Below, in pieces: positions 19,306-29,526 of a stretch of 64,000 bases of DNA; the first letter of the stretch is position 1; each line of letters begins with the position of its first letter. The notes beneath the pieces were generated by a model, which was given only the letters and a program-made list of their open reading frames with translations, had not been told where the DNA came from and searched no databases. Made by a program: the position numbers and the translations under genes. The stretch is from the NCBI GenBank assembly GCA_965209055.1, contig OZ242374.1, positions 4,576,001 through 4,640,000 on the forward strand. Reading direction: 5' to 3'. This DNA comes from Acidobacteriota bacterium. Lineage in GTDB: Bacteria > Acidobacteriota > UBA6911 > RPQK01 > JAJDTT01.

Positions 19306-22300
19306 TTATTCCCTCGGCCACAACTTGACCCGCCAGAACCAGCCGTCCACCTGGACGAAGAGGACGTTGGGCTCCACCTCGATGACGGTGGTGTAGGAGG
19401 ATCCCATCCTCTCCGCCAAGGTGACGGTTTCCCAGGTCTTCCCCTCGTCCTCGCTCAAGGCGAACCGCACCAGCGCCCCCCGCTCCCTGGGCTGGAGATG
19501 GGTGCCGGCCGGGAATCTCTGACCGTAGCTCAACAGCACCCTGCCGTCTCGAAGCTTGAGGAGTGTGGGATCGCAGCCCCGGTCCAGGCCGGTGTAGACC
19601 GGCTCGCTCCAGGTTTTGCCCCAATCCTCGCTCCAACTGGCGAACAGAGGCGTGAAGTGGCCCGTCCGCATGACGCAGAGGAGCCGGCCTTCGCCCAGAT
19701 GCAGGAGGGACGGCTCGGTGAATCCCTCGCCCACCGGGTCTCCCGGCTTGGGTGCGGCAACGGTGGAGAAGTAGTCCCAGGACCGTCCCTGGTCCTTGGA
19801 GATCAGCGTGAAGGTCCGCTGCTGGTAGTGGGTCTCCGACGAGCTGCGCCGGTCGGTGGGCGGCAGGTTGTCCGTTTCCAGGTTCCCCTCCATGGTGGTC
19901 ATGAGGGTCCCGTCCGGCATCTCCAGCATGTCCCGGTAGAAGTAGAGCCCGTACCACTCGCCCTCTTCCCGTGCCCTCGGCGGACCGCCGGGCACCCGAA
20001 TCACCGATTCCTCCTCCTGGAGGGTCGCCAGGTCGTCCCGCGAGCGCCAGGAGCGGACCGTATAGAGTCCCGGCGCCTGGAAGTCGGCGGCCCCGCCCAG
20101 TGCGAAGAAGTGACCTTTGCGGACGTAGAAGACCCGTTCCGGAATGCGGAGGACCTCCTGCAGGGAAGGTCCCTCGTGAGCCACGAAGGTCTTGCCGCCG
20201 TCGAGGCTTTTCTTGTCTCCGTAAAAATAGATGGTGCCGTCCGGCGCCTGGAAGGATCGGGCCCATCCCCCCTCTCCCCATCCTCCTCCAGGTCCGTAGC
20301 GCCGGATGGGCCCGATTTCCCGGATGATGCTCTGTCCACCTTCGGGTGGTCCCACCGCGCCGGAGGTTCGCCGGGTGACACGAACCTCGTCCATCAGGCC
20401 GACGAACTGATTCCCCGGATCGCTCGACCCCTCGTGGCGGTAGGTGATGAAGCGCCCTTCCAGGTCCTGTCCCACCCTCAGATCGGACGCCAGGTAGAGG
20501 CCCACGACCGGAGCTTTTTCGGAAGGGGTCAAGTGTCGGACGATCGAACGTTCGTAGTAGAGGTGGGAGGTCCCCGCCATGAGCTGTCCGTCGCCGACCA
20601 GTTCGCCGTCCAGGTAGAGGCGCACCCGGCCCTCGTCATAAGTGGCCTCCATGAGGTGAAACCGGTCGGTGAGGATGGAGACCGACCGTGACCGCACGGT
20701 CTGACCGTTGCAGACGAAACGAAGATCGCCGCCGTTGGGGTTGAAGTCGAAGATGAGCTCTCCGGTGGCCGGATCGCCTGTGCCGCGATAGTTGCTGAAC
20801 AGGCGCATGCGCCGTTTCAGGGCCGGCTTCACCCGGGCTGACAGGGTGAAACGGGTGCCCAGGTTCCGGGTTCCCAATATCTCCAAGGAGTCGTGGGTCT
20901 TCCCTTCCCCGTAGAACTCCGCCACTCCGCTGCCGGAGACGGCCCGCTCCCGATCCCGGACCAGTCGAACCGAATTGTGCAGTCGCACCTCCTGTCGACC
21001 GTCGTCAGTCTGGTTGTCCTGGACCGCGCTCTCCCGGTCTGCCTCGAAATCGAGCAGGACGTCCAAGAGAGGTGATTGGTCCGCCGGCTCCAAGGGCCCG
21101 GCCGTCCGGAAGGAGTAGAGCGAGGCGTTTTTCAGGTAGAACCGCAGGTGCGCGGGCCGCGCGGATACCGGCCACTGGTCGCGCCCCTGCCACCGGACAA
21201 CCTGATCGACGCCGTCGTCCGTCAGCGGGTCGCATTGATCCTTGCCGAAACCCGGGATGATGTTTCCGGATGAGTCCAGCAGTTCGACTCGCAACCAACC
21301 CCGGCCCGCGTCGGCGTTGACGCGCAGAGGCCCGGCAGGAGGACGCAGCCGGCGTGTCGTGATGGAACCCACTTCGTCCCCGGCATCCAGCGACGCGAAG
21401 CCGTCCTTGCGCAGGGTGGCCATGCCGATGGCGCAGTTGCCCCATCCGCCCGCCACCGGGCTCACGTGGGTCTGGTCCGAGGCTCCGTAGAAGAGCTTGA
21501 TCTCGTCCCCTTCCACCAACGGCTGACTCGGGGTGTGCAGCATGCCGTCGTCCCACTGGCCGGAGGTTCCCAGCTCCAGCAGAGGCGGGCGGTCGCCCTC
21601 TTCCCGTTTCCACTCGATCCCGTCCCGGCTGCTCACCAGCTCCACGTGGATGGTCCCGTCGTTGTGCCCGTCGTCGATCCGGAACACCCAGAGGAAACCC
21701 AGGTACATGGATTCGTAGGCGAAGGCGGAGAGACCGTAGAAATCGGTGTGTTGCCGGTCGGCGGTGACCCACCGGTCGTCCACGGCGTCCGGCGCCAGGA
21801 CCAGTTGGGTCGGAGGCCAGTTGAGGAAATCGGTGGTGGCGGTCAGGCCGATGGCCCGCCGCCGGTGCCCCCCGTTGGGCACGAATATCTTCGCGTAGCC
21901 CAGATAGCGGCCTTGGTGGGGGTCCCAGACGAAATTGCCCACGTCTCCGGGATCCGCCAACAGGGGTTCCTCCCGAATCGGGCTCCAGTGGATGCCGTCG
22001 CTGGACCAAGCCCCGTAGTAGCCGCTGACCCGGTGATGGGGATCGGTGCGCCCGTAGTCGTAGTAGACCAGCTTGTATTCCTTGTCGGGGTCCGGGTCCC
22101 AGGGGGTGTGGATCACCAGCGGGATGTGGCTCTCCCGCATCCGGTCCAGGAAGATGTTGTTGGCTCCTGAACCCCGATACCGGACGATGTCCAGATCCGG
22201 CTTCGTCCACTGGACGCCGTCCCGGCTCTCGGCGTAGAGGTTGCGGTACTGCTCGTTCGGGTCGGCGTCCGGATTGGCGGTGTGGTACCACATCCGGTAA

Positions 22301-22575
22301 CCCTTGCCTTCGGGCGACGGGAGGACGGTTCCCAGCAGGTAGGCCACCTGTCCTTCCCAGGGACGATCGGGTTTCAGGACCGGGTTGGCCGCGTGCTTTT
22401 GAAACGGATGGTAGCGCCGGACCAGCCCCTGCTTCTGCTGGATCAGGTGATCGTCCACCACCAGTTCCCAGGGGCCGGTCAGGTCGCCCAATGAACGCGG
22501 TTTCGATTCCGGGGTGGAGCCCCATACTGATCCCGTGAACAGCAGGAAAGAAACGATGAAACCGATTCCAATCAT
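19306..22575 (-). CDS. Secreted multidomain protein: GH-like propeller (family A) + LamG-like domain + Asp-box sialidase-like propeller
   Basis: Signal peptide. PWEG, YAESRDGVQW and LRKDGFAS motifs. LamG-like FTLSARVK...HLMEATYD..VRLYLDG..FVGLMDEVRV. Asp boxes SLDGGKTF, SKDQGRSW, SEDWGKTW, SEDEGKTW. Confidence 0.8.
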   Translation of the reverse strand: MIGIGFIVSFLLFTGSVWGSTPESKPRSLGDLTGPWELVVDDHLIQQKQGLVRRYHPFQKHAANPVLKPDRPWEGQVAYLLGTVLPSPEGKGYRMWYHTANPDADPNEQYRNLYAESRDGVQWTKPDLDIVRYRGSGANNIFLDRMRESHIPLVIHTPWDPDPDKEYKLVYYDYGRTDPHHRVSGYYGAWSSDGIHWSPIREEPLLADPGDVGNFVWDPHQGRYLGYAKIFVPNGGHRRRAIGLTATTDFLNWPPTQLVLAPDAVDDRWVTADRQHTDFYGLSAFAYESMYLGFLWVFRIDDGHNDGTIHVELVSSRDGIEWKREEGDRPPLLELGTSGQWDDGMLHTPSQPLVEGDEIKLFYGASDQTHVSPVAGGWGNCAIGMATLRKDGFASLDAGDEVGSITTRRLRPPAGPLRVNADAGRGWLRVELLDSSGNIIPGFGKDQCDPLTDDGVDQVVRWQGRDQWPVSARPAHLRFYLKNASLYSFRTAGPLEPADQSPLLDVLLDFEADRESAVQDNQTDDGRQEVRLHNSVRLVRDRERAVSGSGVAEFYGEGKTHDSLEILGTRNLGTRFTLSARVKPALKRRMRLFSNYRGTGDPATGELIFDFNPNGGDLRFVCNGQTVRSRSVSILTDRFHLMEATYDEGRVRLYLDGELVGDGQLMAGTSHLYYERSIVRHLTPSEKAPVVGLYLASDLRVGQDLEGRFITYRHEGSSDPGNQFVGLMDEVRVTRRTSGAVGPPEGGQSIIREIGPIRRYGPGGGWGEGGWARSFQAPDGTIYFYGDKKSLDGGKTFVAHEGPSLQEVLRIPERVFYVRKGHFFALGGAADFQAPGLYTVRSWRSRDDLATLQEEESVIRVPGGPPRAREEGEWYGLYFYRDMLEMPDGTLMTTMEGNLETDNLPPTDRRSSSETHYQQRTFTLISKDQGRSWDYFSTVAAPKPGDPVGEGFTEPSLLHLGEGRLLCVMRTGHFTPLFASWSEDWGKTWSEPVYTGLDRGCDPTLLKLRDGRVLLSYGQRFPAGTHLQPRERGALVRFALSEDEGKTWETVTLAERMGSSYTTVIEVEPNVLFVQVDGWFWRVKLWPRE

Positions 22576-22615
22576 TCTATGTAGTCCCTCGCAAGCTCCG
22601 GGTCGGTTTCGAAGA

Positions 22616-22642
22616 GGGGGACAAGACTGTCCCCCCTCCTAC
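22616..22642 (-). repeat. REP-like palindrome overlapping the SDR stop codon
   Basis: Minus strand reads GTAGGAGGGGGGACAGTCTTGTCCCCC (GTAG foot plus hairpin). Its TAG is the stop of the SDR gene. Confidence 0.7.
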
Positions 22643-23409
22643 GACATCACCTCTCCCGCCGAGATGTCCACCGCCTGTCCCGTGATGGCCGCCCCCGAGG
22701 GCGACACCAGGAAGTGCACCAGATTGGCGACCTCTTCGGGACGGATCATGGTTCCCAAGGGAATTCCGTCCAGGATACGCTGCCGCATTGCATCGACGCT
22801 CACGCCCTCGAGGCGGGCGGTCTCCCGGAGGTCCTTGCGGGCCATGGGAGTCCGGACCCAGCCGGGACAGACGGCGTTGACCGTGATCCCGCGAGGAGCC
22901 AGCTCCAGGGCCAGCGCCCGGGTCAGGCCGATCACCCCATGCTTGGAAGCGCAGTAGGCGCTGTACCCGGCCGTTCCCACCTTCCCCGAAATGGACGAGA
23001 TGTGGACGATTCGGCCGCCGTCCTGGAAATGGGGCAGCGCCCGGTGGGTGCAGTAGTAGACGCCGGTCAGATTCGTGGCCAGCACCTCGTGCCAGGTCTC
23101 GTCGCCCGGTTCCAGAATGGGATTCCGTTTCGAGATCCCGGCGTTGTTCACCAGGATCCGGATCCGGCCCCATTCCCCGGTGACGGCAGAGATGGAATCC
23201 TCCACCTGCCGGCTGTCGCTGACGTCGCAGACCCGGGCCAGGACCCGGATGCCGCCGGCCGCCATTGCTCCGGCGGCGGCCTCGAGCCCCTCCCGGTTGC
23301 GATCGCAGATAGCGACCCGGGCGCCCTCGCTGCCGAGCTTCCAGGCGATGGCCCGGCCCATGCCCTCCGCCGCCCCCGTGACCACCGCCACCGCCGATTT
23401 CAGGGACAT
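22639..23409 (-). CDS. Classical short-chain dehydrogenase/reductase
   Basis: VTGAAEGMG, LVNNAG, ISS, YCASK, VNAVCPGWVRT, ITGQ. GTG 23448 is an alternative start. Confidence 0.92.
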   Translation of the reverse strand: MSLKSAVAVVTGAAEGMGRAIAWKLGSEGARVAICDRNREGLEAAAGAMAAGGIRVLARVCDVSDSRQVEDSISAVTGEWGRIRILVNNAGISKRNPILEPGDETWHEVLATNLTGVYYCTHRALPHFQDGGRIVHISSISGKVGTAGYSAYCASKHGVIGLTRALALELAPRGITVNAVCPGWVRTPMARKDLRETARLEGVSVDAMRQRILDGIPLGTMIRPEEVANLVHFLVSPSGAAITGQAVDISAGEVMS

Positions 23410-23530
23410 CCCGTAGCTCGACCCCTTCGTCTCTACGCGCCCGATCACTTGACAGACCGGCCCTCAGAGGGCACAAGTAACAAGGTGTTCGGAAGCTATC
23501 AACGGAAAGGAAACGATTCAAGGTAACGCC

Positions 23531-24865
23531 ATGACTGTCCTCGAAACCATTCGCTCCAAGTCCGCTCAGGTGCTGGATTTCAATGAACGCTACATCCCCG
23601 GCGGAGTGGTCTCCATCGTACGCAAGGCGGAGCCTGACCTGGCCTTCGCCCGGGGCCGGGGGGCCTACATCTGGGATGTGGACGGCAACCGTTACCTGGA
23701 CTACCACGCGGCCTTCGCCCCCATCGTGCTGGGCCACAACGACCCCTACGTGAATGAGGCGGTCCGCAAGGCCATCGACGCCGGGGCCAGCCTTTACGGC
23801 AGCGGGACCAACGAGTTGGAGGGCCGTCTGGCCGAAATGCTCTGCACCCACGTTCCGGCGGTGGAAATGGTGGAGTTCCTAAACACCGGCACCGAGGCCT
23901 CCATGGCTTCTGTGCGCCTGGCCCGCGCCGCCACCGGCCGCGACCATGTCATCGTCACGCAGGGAGGCTTCAACGGTTCCCACAACGACGTGGCCTGCAA
24001 CGTACTCACGCCTCTGGACCAGATCGGACCCCGCGTCTCGCCCGGCGAGTACCGTTACATTCCGCTGGGACCCGGGGTCCCCGACGCTCACGCCCAACTG
24101 GTGCACGTCATCAACTTCAACGACCTGGATTCGGTCCGCTATGTCTGTGAGCGTCACGAAGTGGCCGCCCTGGTGACCGAGCCCATCCTGCAGAACATCG
24201 GCATCATGAAGCCGGTCCCCGGATACCTGGAAGGGCTCCGGGAGCTGGCCGACGAGTACGGCTTCGTGCTCATCTTCGACGAAGTGAAGACCGGATTCCG
24301 ATACTCGGTGGGCGGCTACAGCGAGGTCAGCGGCGTGACACCCGATCTGGTCTACTTCGCCAAGGCGGTGGCCAACGGCTATCCCTTCTCGGCACTGGGC
24401 GGGAAGAGGGAGCTTCTGGAGCATTTCGCCCATCCCGATCCCTCCAAGCGGCCCATCGTCTCCGGGACCTACAACGGCCATCCCGTCTCGGTGAGCGCCG
24501 CCATCGCCACCATCGAGCGGCTGCTGGAAGGCGGCGGACAGGTGTACCGGCACATCGACCGGCTGGGACAACGCTGCCAGGCCGGGATCGAGTCGATCCT
24601 GAGTTCCCGGGGGATCACCGGGACCGTGGCCCGCCAGGGATCCGCTTTCTGCCTCTACCTGATGGACCACGAGCCGGTGGACTGGCACGACTTGGCCGGA
24701 AACCACGATTTCAACCAGGACCTGGCCATGCGGCGCGCCCTGATTGAGCGCGGAATCTACTTCTTCCCGGTGGCCACCAAGCAATGCTCCATCTCGGCGG
24801 CCCACACCGACTCGGACATCGACCGCACGCTGGATGCCCTGGACGAAGTCCTGTCAGAACTCTAG
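23531..24865 (+). CDS. Class III PLP-dependent aminotransferase (glutamate-1-semialdehyde aminomutase-like paralog)
   Basis: IPGGVVS, WDVDGNRYLDY, NTGTEA, VTEP, IFDEVKTGFR, FAKAVANG (PLP lysine), SGTYNGHP. Confidence 0.88.
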   Translation: MTVLETIRSKSAQVLDFNERYIPGGVVSIVRKAEPDLAFARGRGAYIWDVDGNRYLDYHAAFAPIVLGHNDPYVNEAVRKAIDAGASLYGSGTNELEGRLAEMLCTHVPAVEMVEFLNTGTEASMASVRLARAATGRDHVIVTQGGFNGSHNDVACNVLTPLDQIGPRVSPGEYRYIPLGPGVPDAHAQLVHVINFNDLDSVRYVCERHEVAALVTEPILQNIGIMKPVPGYLEGLRELADEYGFVLIFDEVKTGFRYSVGGYSEVSGVTPDLVYFAKAVANGYPFSALGGKRELLEHFAHPDPSKRPIVSGTYNGHPVSVSAAIATIERLLEGGGQVYRHIDRLGQRCQAGIESILSSRGITGTVARQGSAFCLYLMDHEPVDWHDLAGNHDFNQDLAMRRALIERGIYFFPVATKQCSISAAHTDSDIDRTLDALDEVLSEL

Positions 24866-24891
24866 CTGCCGGGGCGGACTCGACGTCATTC

Positions 24892-27045
24892 ATGGATGTT
24901 CGCCACCGCTTCGCCGTTTGGTGCTGCCACCTGGTCCTCCTCTCCCTCCCTGTCCATTCCCAGGGAGGCTCGAGTGAAGACTGCCGTTCCTGCCACCTGG
25001 AGATCTACGACTCCCACCAGACCACCGGGATGGGCCGCGCCTTCTCGCTCCCTGATCCCACCAACACGATGGGAGAAGACCAGGAGGAGGCGACCTACTA
25101 CCACCGGGCCTCCGACCGGCACTACACGGTCGCCCGCAGGAACGGCTCGTACTATTTGAGCCGGCACCAGTTGAACGAGAAGGGGAAGACCGTCAACCGG
25201 GTGGAAAAGGAGATCCACTACGTCCTGGGGTCCGGGAACCGGGGCCGGACCTATCTCCACCGGACCGCTTGGGGCGCCCTTTACCAGTTGCCGTTGGCCT
25301 GGTATTCGGAAGAGGGAGGACACTGGGGCATGAGTCCCGGTTACGACCGCCCCGACCACAAGGGTTTCAGCCGGCGGATCGACTATGCCTGCATGTTCTG
25401 CCACAACGCCTACCCGCAACTGCCGCCGGGAGACGACGCCAACGGCAAGGACCCCCTCTTCCCGGAAGAACTCCCCAACGGCATCGATTGCCAGCGCTGC
25501 CACGGGCCCGGGAACGCCCACTTGAAGGCGGTTCGCAGGCGCGCCTCCAAGGACGCCATCCGCGCATCCATCGTGAATCCGGCCCGGCTGGATCCCGTCC
25601 GGCAGATGGAAGTCTGCCTCCAGTGCCACCTGGAGTCCACCACCAAGGGCCTCCCGGCGATGATTCGAAACTACGACCGGGAGGTCTTCTCATACCGGCC
25701 GGGGGAGCCGCTGGCGGACTACATCCTCCACTTCGACGCTTCTGATCAGAAAGAGGCGGAGGAACGGTTCGAGGTGAATCACGCCGGGTACCGGTTCCTG
25801 AGGTCGGCCTGCTTCCAGGAGAGCGAAGGCCGGTTCACCTGCGTGACCTGCCACGACCCCCACCGGCCGGCCTCGGCACCCGAGTCGCGGACCGCGTCGC
25901 GGGATGCCTGCAATCGTTGCCATGCGAGCCACGTGGAATCTCTGGTGGCTGCGGGAGAGCACCCGGCGGACGAGGACTGCCTGCTCTGCCACATGCCCCG
26001 GCGCAGGACCCAGGACGTGGTCCACGCCGTCATGACCGATCACCGGATTGCCCGCCGTCCGCCCGAAGGCGACCTCTTGGCGGCGCTGGCCGAATCCCAC
26101 CAGGAAGTGATCCTGGGAGAGGTCATCCGCTACTATCCGCCGGGTCCCGCCGAATCAGGCCGGATCGAGCTCTACGACGCGCTGGCTCAAGTCAAACAGG
26201 ACGCCAACCTGAAGTCCGGAATTCCCAGGCTGGAAAAAGCCCTGGAGGTCCAACGTCCTCTCCACGCAGGCTTTTACTTCGAGCTGGGGGACGCCTACTT
26301 GGCGGAGGGCAGATTCAAGGACGCCGTCCGCCTCCACCAGGATGCACTTCGCCGGCAACGAGACTACCTGCCGGCCCTGCGCAACCAGTGGCTGGCGCTG
26401 TCGGGGCAAGGATCCCTGGAACAGGGTCTGGCCATGCTTCGAAACACCCTTGCGGTCAAGCCGGACGACACGGTCAGCCTGACGCAACTGGGCTATGCCT
26501 TGTTGGAATCGGGTCGGCTGACAGAGGCCACACAGGTCTTGCAATCCAGCTTGCGCCTGGACCCGGATCTTCCCGATGCCTACAACAACCTGGGCTTGGC
26601 CCTGTCCCGGCAGAATCTCGGACCACAAGCCACGAAGGCTTTCCAGGAAGCGATCCGTCTTGAGCCCAATTTCGCCAGCGCCCACTACAATCTGGGGCTT
26701 CAACACTACGCAGCGAGGGCGGCCGGACCGGCCATCGCTTCTTTCCGCAGGGCCATTGCGCTGGCTCCCGAAATGGCGACCGCCCACACCAACCTGGGGG
26801 CGACGCTGGCGGCCACGGGAAAGGTGGAAGAGGCGGTCGAGGCCTTTCGCCGCGCGCTGGAGATCGAACCGGGTCTGCTGGCGGCTCAAGTCAACTTGGG
26901 CCTGTCACTCGCTTCTCTGGGACATCTCCGGGAAGCCCTGGATGCCATCCGGGCGGCCTTGAAGTTGAAGCCCGGCGACGAATTCCTGATGGAGCAGATC
27001 AAGCAACTCGAAGCGAAGCTCGGAAAGGAGCCCGAATCCCCATGA
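24892..27045 (+). CDS. Multiheme (7x CxxCH) cytochrome c fused to C-terminal TPR repeats
   Basis: Signal peptide, then CRSCH, CMFCH, CQRCH, CLQCH, CVTCH, CNRCH, CLLCH, and TPR units (AYNNLGLAL, AHYNLG, AHTNLG). Confidence 0.9.
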   Translation: MDVRHRFAVWCCHLVLLSLPVHSQGGSSEDCRSCHLEIYDSHQTTGMGRAFSLPDPTNTMGEDQEEATYYHRASDRHYTVARRNGSYYLSRHQLNEKGKTVNRVEKEIHYVLGSGNRGRTYLHRTAWGALYQLPLAWYSEEGGHWGMSPGYDRPDHKGFSRRIDYACMFCHNAYPQLPPGDDANGKDPLFPEELPNGIDCQRCHGPGNAHLKAVRRRASKDAIRASIVNPARLDPVRQMEVCLQCHLESTTKGLPAMIRNYDREVFSYRPGEPLADYILHFDASDQKEAEERFEVNHAGYRFLRSACFQESEGRFTCVTCHDPHRPASAPESRTASRDACNRCHASHVESLVAAGEHPADEDCLLCHMPRRRTQDVVHAVMTDHRIARRPPEGDLLAALAESHQEVILGEVIRYYPPGPAESGRIELYDALAQVKQDANLKSGIPRLEKALEVQRPLHAGFYFELGDAYLAEGRFKDAVRLHQDALRRQRDYLPALRNQWLALSGQGSLEQGLAMLRNTLAVKPDDTVSLTQLGYALLESGRLTEATQVLQSSLRLDPDLPDAYNNLGLALSRQNLGPQATKAFQEAIRLEPNFASAHYNLGLQHYAARAAGPAIASFRRAIALAPEMATAHTNLGATLAATGKVEEAVEAFRRALEIEPGLLAAQVNLGLSLASLGHLREALDAIRAALKLKPGDEFLMEQIKQLEAKLGKEPESP

Positions 27046-27956
27046 AAGAAAGATTGCAGGGCGTGATCGCCAACATTCCCATGTGCTTCAACGTCGACTG
27101 GAGCATGGACGAGACCGCCCTCCGGAACAATATTCGCGCCTACCGCGGCGAGGGCCTCGAGGCCATGTACCTCTTGGGCACCAGCGGTGAGCTCTTCAAC
27201 GTTTCTCCGGACGAGTACCGGCGAGCCGTGAGGATCTTCGTCGAGGAGGCGGGACCGGAGACGCTCAAGGTGGTGGGGGCGACCTCGGTTCGATTGGGCG
27301 GAATCCTGGAGACTGTCCAGTGGCTGGCCGAGGCCGGCGCCGACGCGGTCCTGGCCATCCCGCCCCACTTCATTCCCTTGAGCGCCGAGGAACGCGGCGG
27401 TGCGTTGCGCGCCATCGCCAACGCCTGTCCTTCCCTGGGAATCGTCCACTACAACACCAGCTACGCCCCGGAGGTGAAATTCGAGCCTCACGAATACGCG
27501 TCGTTGCTGGACGTGCCCAACCTCTGGGGCACGAAGCAGGGGCAGTTGTCACAAGAATTCTGGGACGGGCTGCAGGAGCATTCCGCTTCCTTGAGGCACC
27601 TCAGCCTGGACGACTGGATGGTCCGCTCCATGAAGTTGGGCGGCTACGGGGCCTTCTCCCTCCTGACCAGCCTGGCGCCCCGTTTCGCCCAAACCTGGCA
27701 CCAGGCCTGCAAGGCCCAAGAATGGGAACGGGCCGAAGCGATGCAGGTGGAGTTCGACCGCTGCATGGACCAGATCTACTGGCCCCTGAGCCGGCGCGGC
27801 TACACCGACGTGGCCGTGGACAAGGCGCTGATCGAAGCTTTCGGCTTCCTCCAGTCCAGCGCTCCCCGGCCGCCGCTGAAGCCGGTCTCGGAACCGGAGA
27901 AGGAGTGGGCCCGAGACGTGATCCAGAGTGAAGGGTATTTCCGAAACTTGATCTGA
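27042..27956 (+). CDS. DapA/NanA-like class I aldolase/lyase family protein
   Basis: LGTSGE, GADAVLAIPPHF, HYN, Schiff-base lysine in WGTKQG. ATGA-coupled to the upstream gene. Confidence 0.85.
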   Translation: MKERLQGVIANIPMCFNVDWSMDETALRNNIRAYRGEGLEAMYLLGTSGELFNVSPDEYRRAVRIFVEEAGPETLKVVGATSVRLGGILETVQWLAEAGADAVLAIPPHFIPLSAEERGGALRAIANACPSLGIVHYNTSYAPEVKFEPHEYASLLDVPNLWGTKQGQLSQEFWDGLQEHSASLRHLSLDDWMVRSMKLGGYGAFSLLTSLAPRFAQTWHQACKAQEWERAEAMQVEFDRCMDQIYWPLSRRGYTDVAVDKALIEAFGFLQSSAPRPPLKPVSEPEKEWARDVIQSEGYFRNLI

Positions 27957-27999
27957 TTTATCAGAAAATACAGCGCATCTGACCTTCAGGACAGACTAA

Positions 28000-29526
28000 A
28001 TGAATCTCAACCCCATCGATATCCTGGTCATCATCGCCTACATGGGATGCCTCTCGCTCATCGGAATCTATTTTTCGCGCCGCCAGAAATCCCGTGACGA
28101 GTATTTCCTGGGCGACCGGAAAGTCTTCTGGTTTCTGGCCGGCGGCAGCGTCCTGGCCACCATCCTCTCCACCATCAGCTACCTCTCGGTTCCCGGAGAA
28201 GTGATCCGTTACGGCTTCGCCTACTGTTTCGGCCTGATCGTGGCGCCGCTGGTGATCCCCATCGTGAACCGGATCCTGATCCCCACCATCAAGGGGCTCG
28301 AGATCACCAGCGCCTACGAATACGTGGGCCGGCGATTCGACCGGGGCACCGGCACCCTGGCCTCCACCCTGTTCGTCTTCCGGACCCTGATCTGGTCCGG
28401 GATCATCATCTACACGGCCAGCTTCGCCTTCTCCGAGATCTCCGGCCTGGGCCTGTTCACCACCATCATCCTGCTGGGGATCATCACCACCTTCTACACC
28501 AGCGTGGGGGGTTTTCGGACCGTCATCTGGACCGACAACCTGCAGCTCTGGATCCTGCTGGCAGGCGCGCTCTCCATCCCCATCTACGTCTACTACCTGG
28601 TGGGGACGGGTCCCATGGGATGGTGGGAGACCTTCTCGGAAGCGGGACGGGGCGAGATGCAGGTCTTCAGCTTCGATCCCACGGTCCGCATCACCATCGT
28701 CGGCATCATGCTCAACATCCTGTTCTGGAACATCTGCGCCAACGGCGGCGACCAAGTGGCGATCCAGCGCTATCTTTCGACTCCCTCCATCAAGGCGGCG
28801 CGTCGCTCCGTCTGGGTCTACGCCTGGTCCAACGTCGTCCTCTACACGACCCTGGCGATCTGCGGCCTGGCCCTGTTCGCCTTCTACGCCCACATCTCCA
28901 ACCTTCCGGTAGCAGAGTTCCAGGCCAAGATCGCTCCTGAGGGCGACCGGCTCATGCCGCGCTTCATCGCCCAGCAGTTGCCCACCGGGGTGTCCGGCCT
29001 GGTCATGGCGGCTCTGCTGTCGGCGGCCATGTCCAGCCTCAGCTCGGCCATCAACTCCATCTCCGGCGTCCTGACGACCCATTTCGGCGGCCGTCGCAAA
29101 GGCTCCCGGCGGGGCCTACTGCTGGACAAGGGAGTCGCCGCCGGGGCCGGCGTCTTGGGAATCGGAGTGGCCGTCATCATCGCCGTGGTCATGAGCCGGA
29201 CCGACTGGAACATCCTGGACCTGAGCGGCCGGGTCAACGATGTCTTCGTGGGTCCCATCGCCGTCCTCTTTTTCGGAGGCATCCTGTTTCGCAGGGTCGG
29301 ACCGCAGGCGATCCTGCTGGGCTTTTTCCTGGCGGCGTCCGTCTCAATTTTCGTGAGCTTCAGCAAAGAATGGTTCGGGATGGAAAGGGCCATCTCCTGG
29401 ATGTGGGGAATTCCCTTCTCATTCACCTTGGGCATGATCGTGGCGGGACTGGGCGGTTTTCTCTTCCGTCGGCCCGCGCCTGACCAGATTCAAGGTCTCA
29501 CTTTCGGGGACCGAAAGGAGACATGA
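28000..29526 (+). CDS. Sodium:solute symporter (SSS; sialic acid/sugar-like)
   Basis: EYFLGDR, SAYEYVGRRF, GGFRTVIWTD, DQVAIQRYLS, AAMSSLSSAINS, many TM segments. Confidence 0.92.
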   Translation: MNLNPIDILVIIAYMGCLSLIGIYFSRRQKSRDEYFLGDRKVFWFLAGGSVLATILSTISYLSVPGEVIRYGFAYCFGLIVAPLVIPIVNRILIPTIKGLEITSAYEYVGRRFDRGTGTLASTLFVFRTLIWSGIIIYTASFAFSEISGLGLFTTIILLGIITTFYTSVGGFRTVIWTDNLQLWILLAGALSIPIYVYYLVGTGPMGWWETFSEAGRGEMQVFSFDPTVRITIVGIMLNILFWNICANGGDQVAIQRYLSTPSIKAARRSVWVYAWSNVVLYTTLAICGLALFAFYAHISNLPVAEFQAKIAPEGDRLMPRFIAQQLPTGVSGLVMAALLSAAMSSLSSAINSISGVLTTHFGGRRKGSRRGLLLDKGVAAGAGVLGIGVAVIIAVVMSRTDWNILDLSGRVNDVFVGPIAVLFFGGILFRRVGPQAILLGFFLAASVSIFVSFSKEWFGMERAISWMWGIPFSFTLGMIVAGLGGFLFRRPAPDQIQGLTFGDRKET

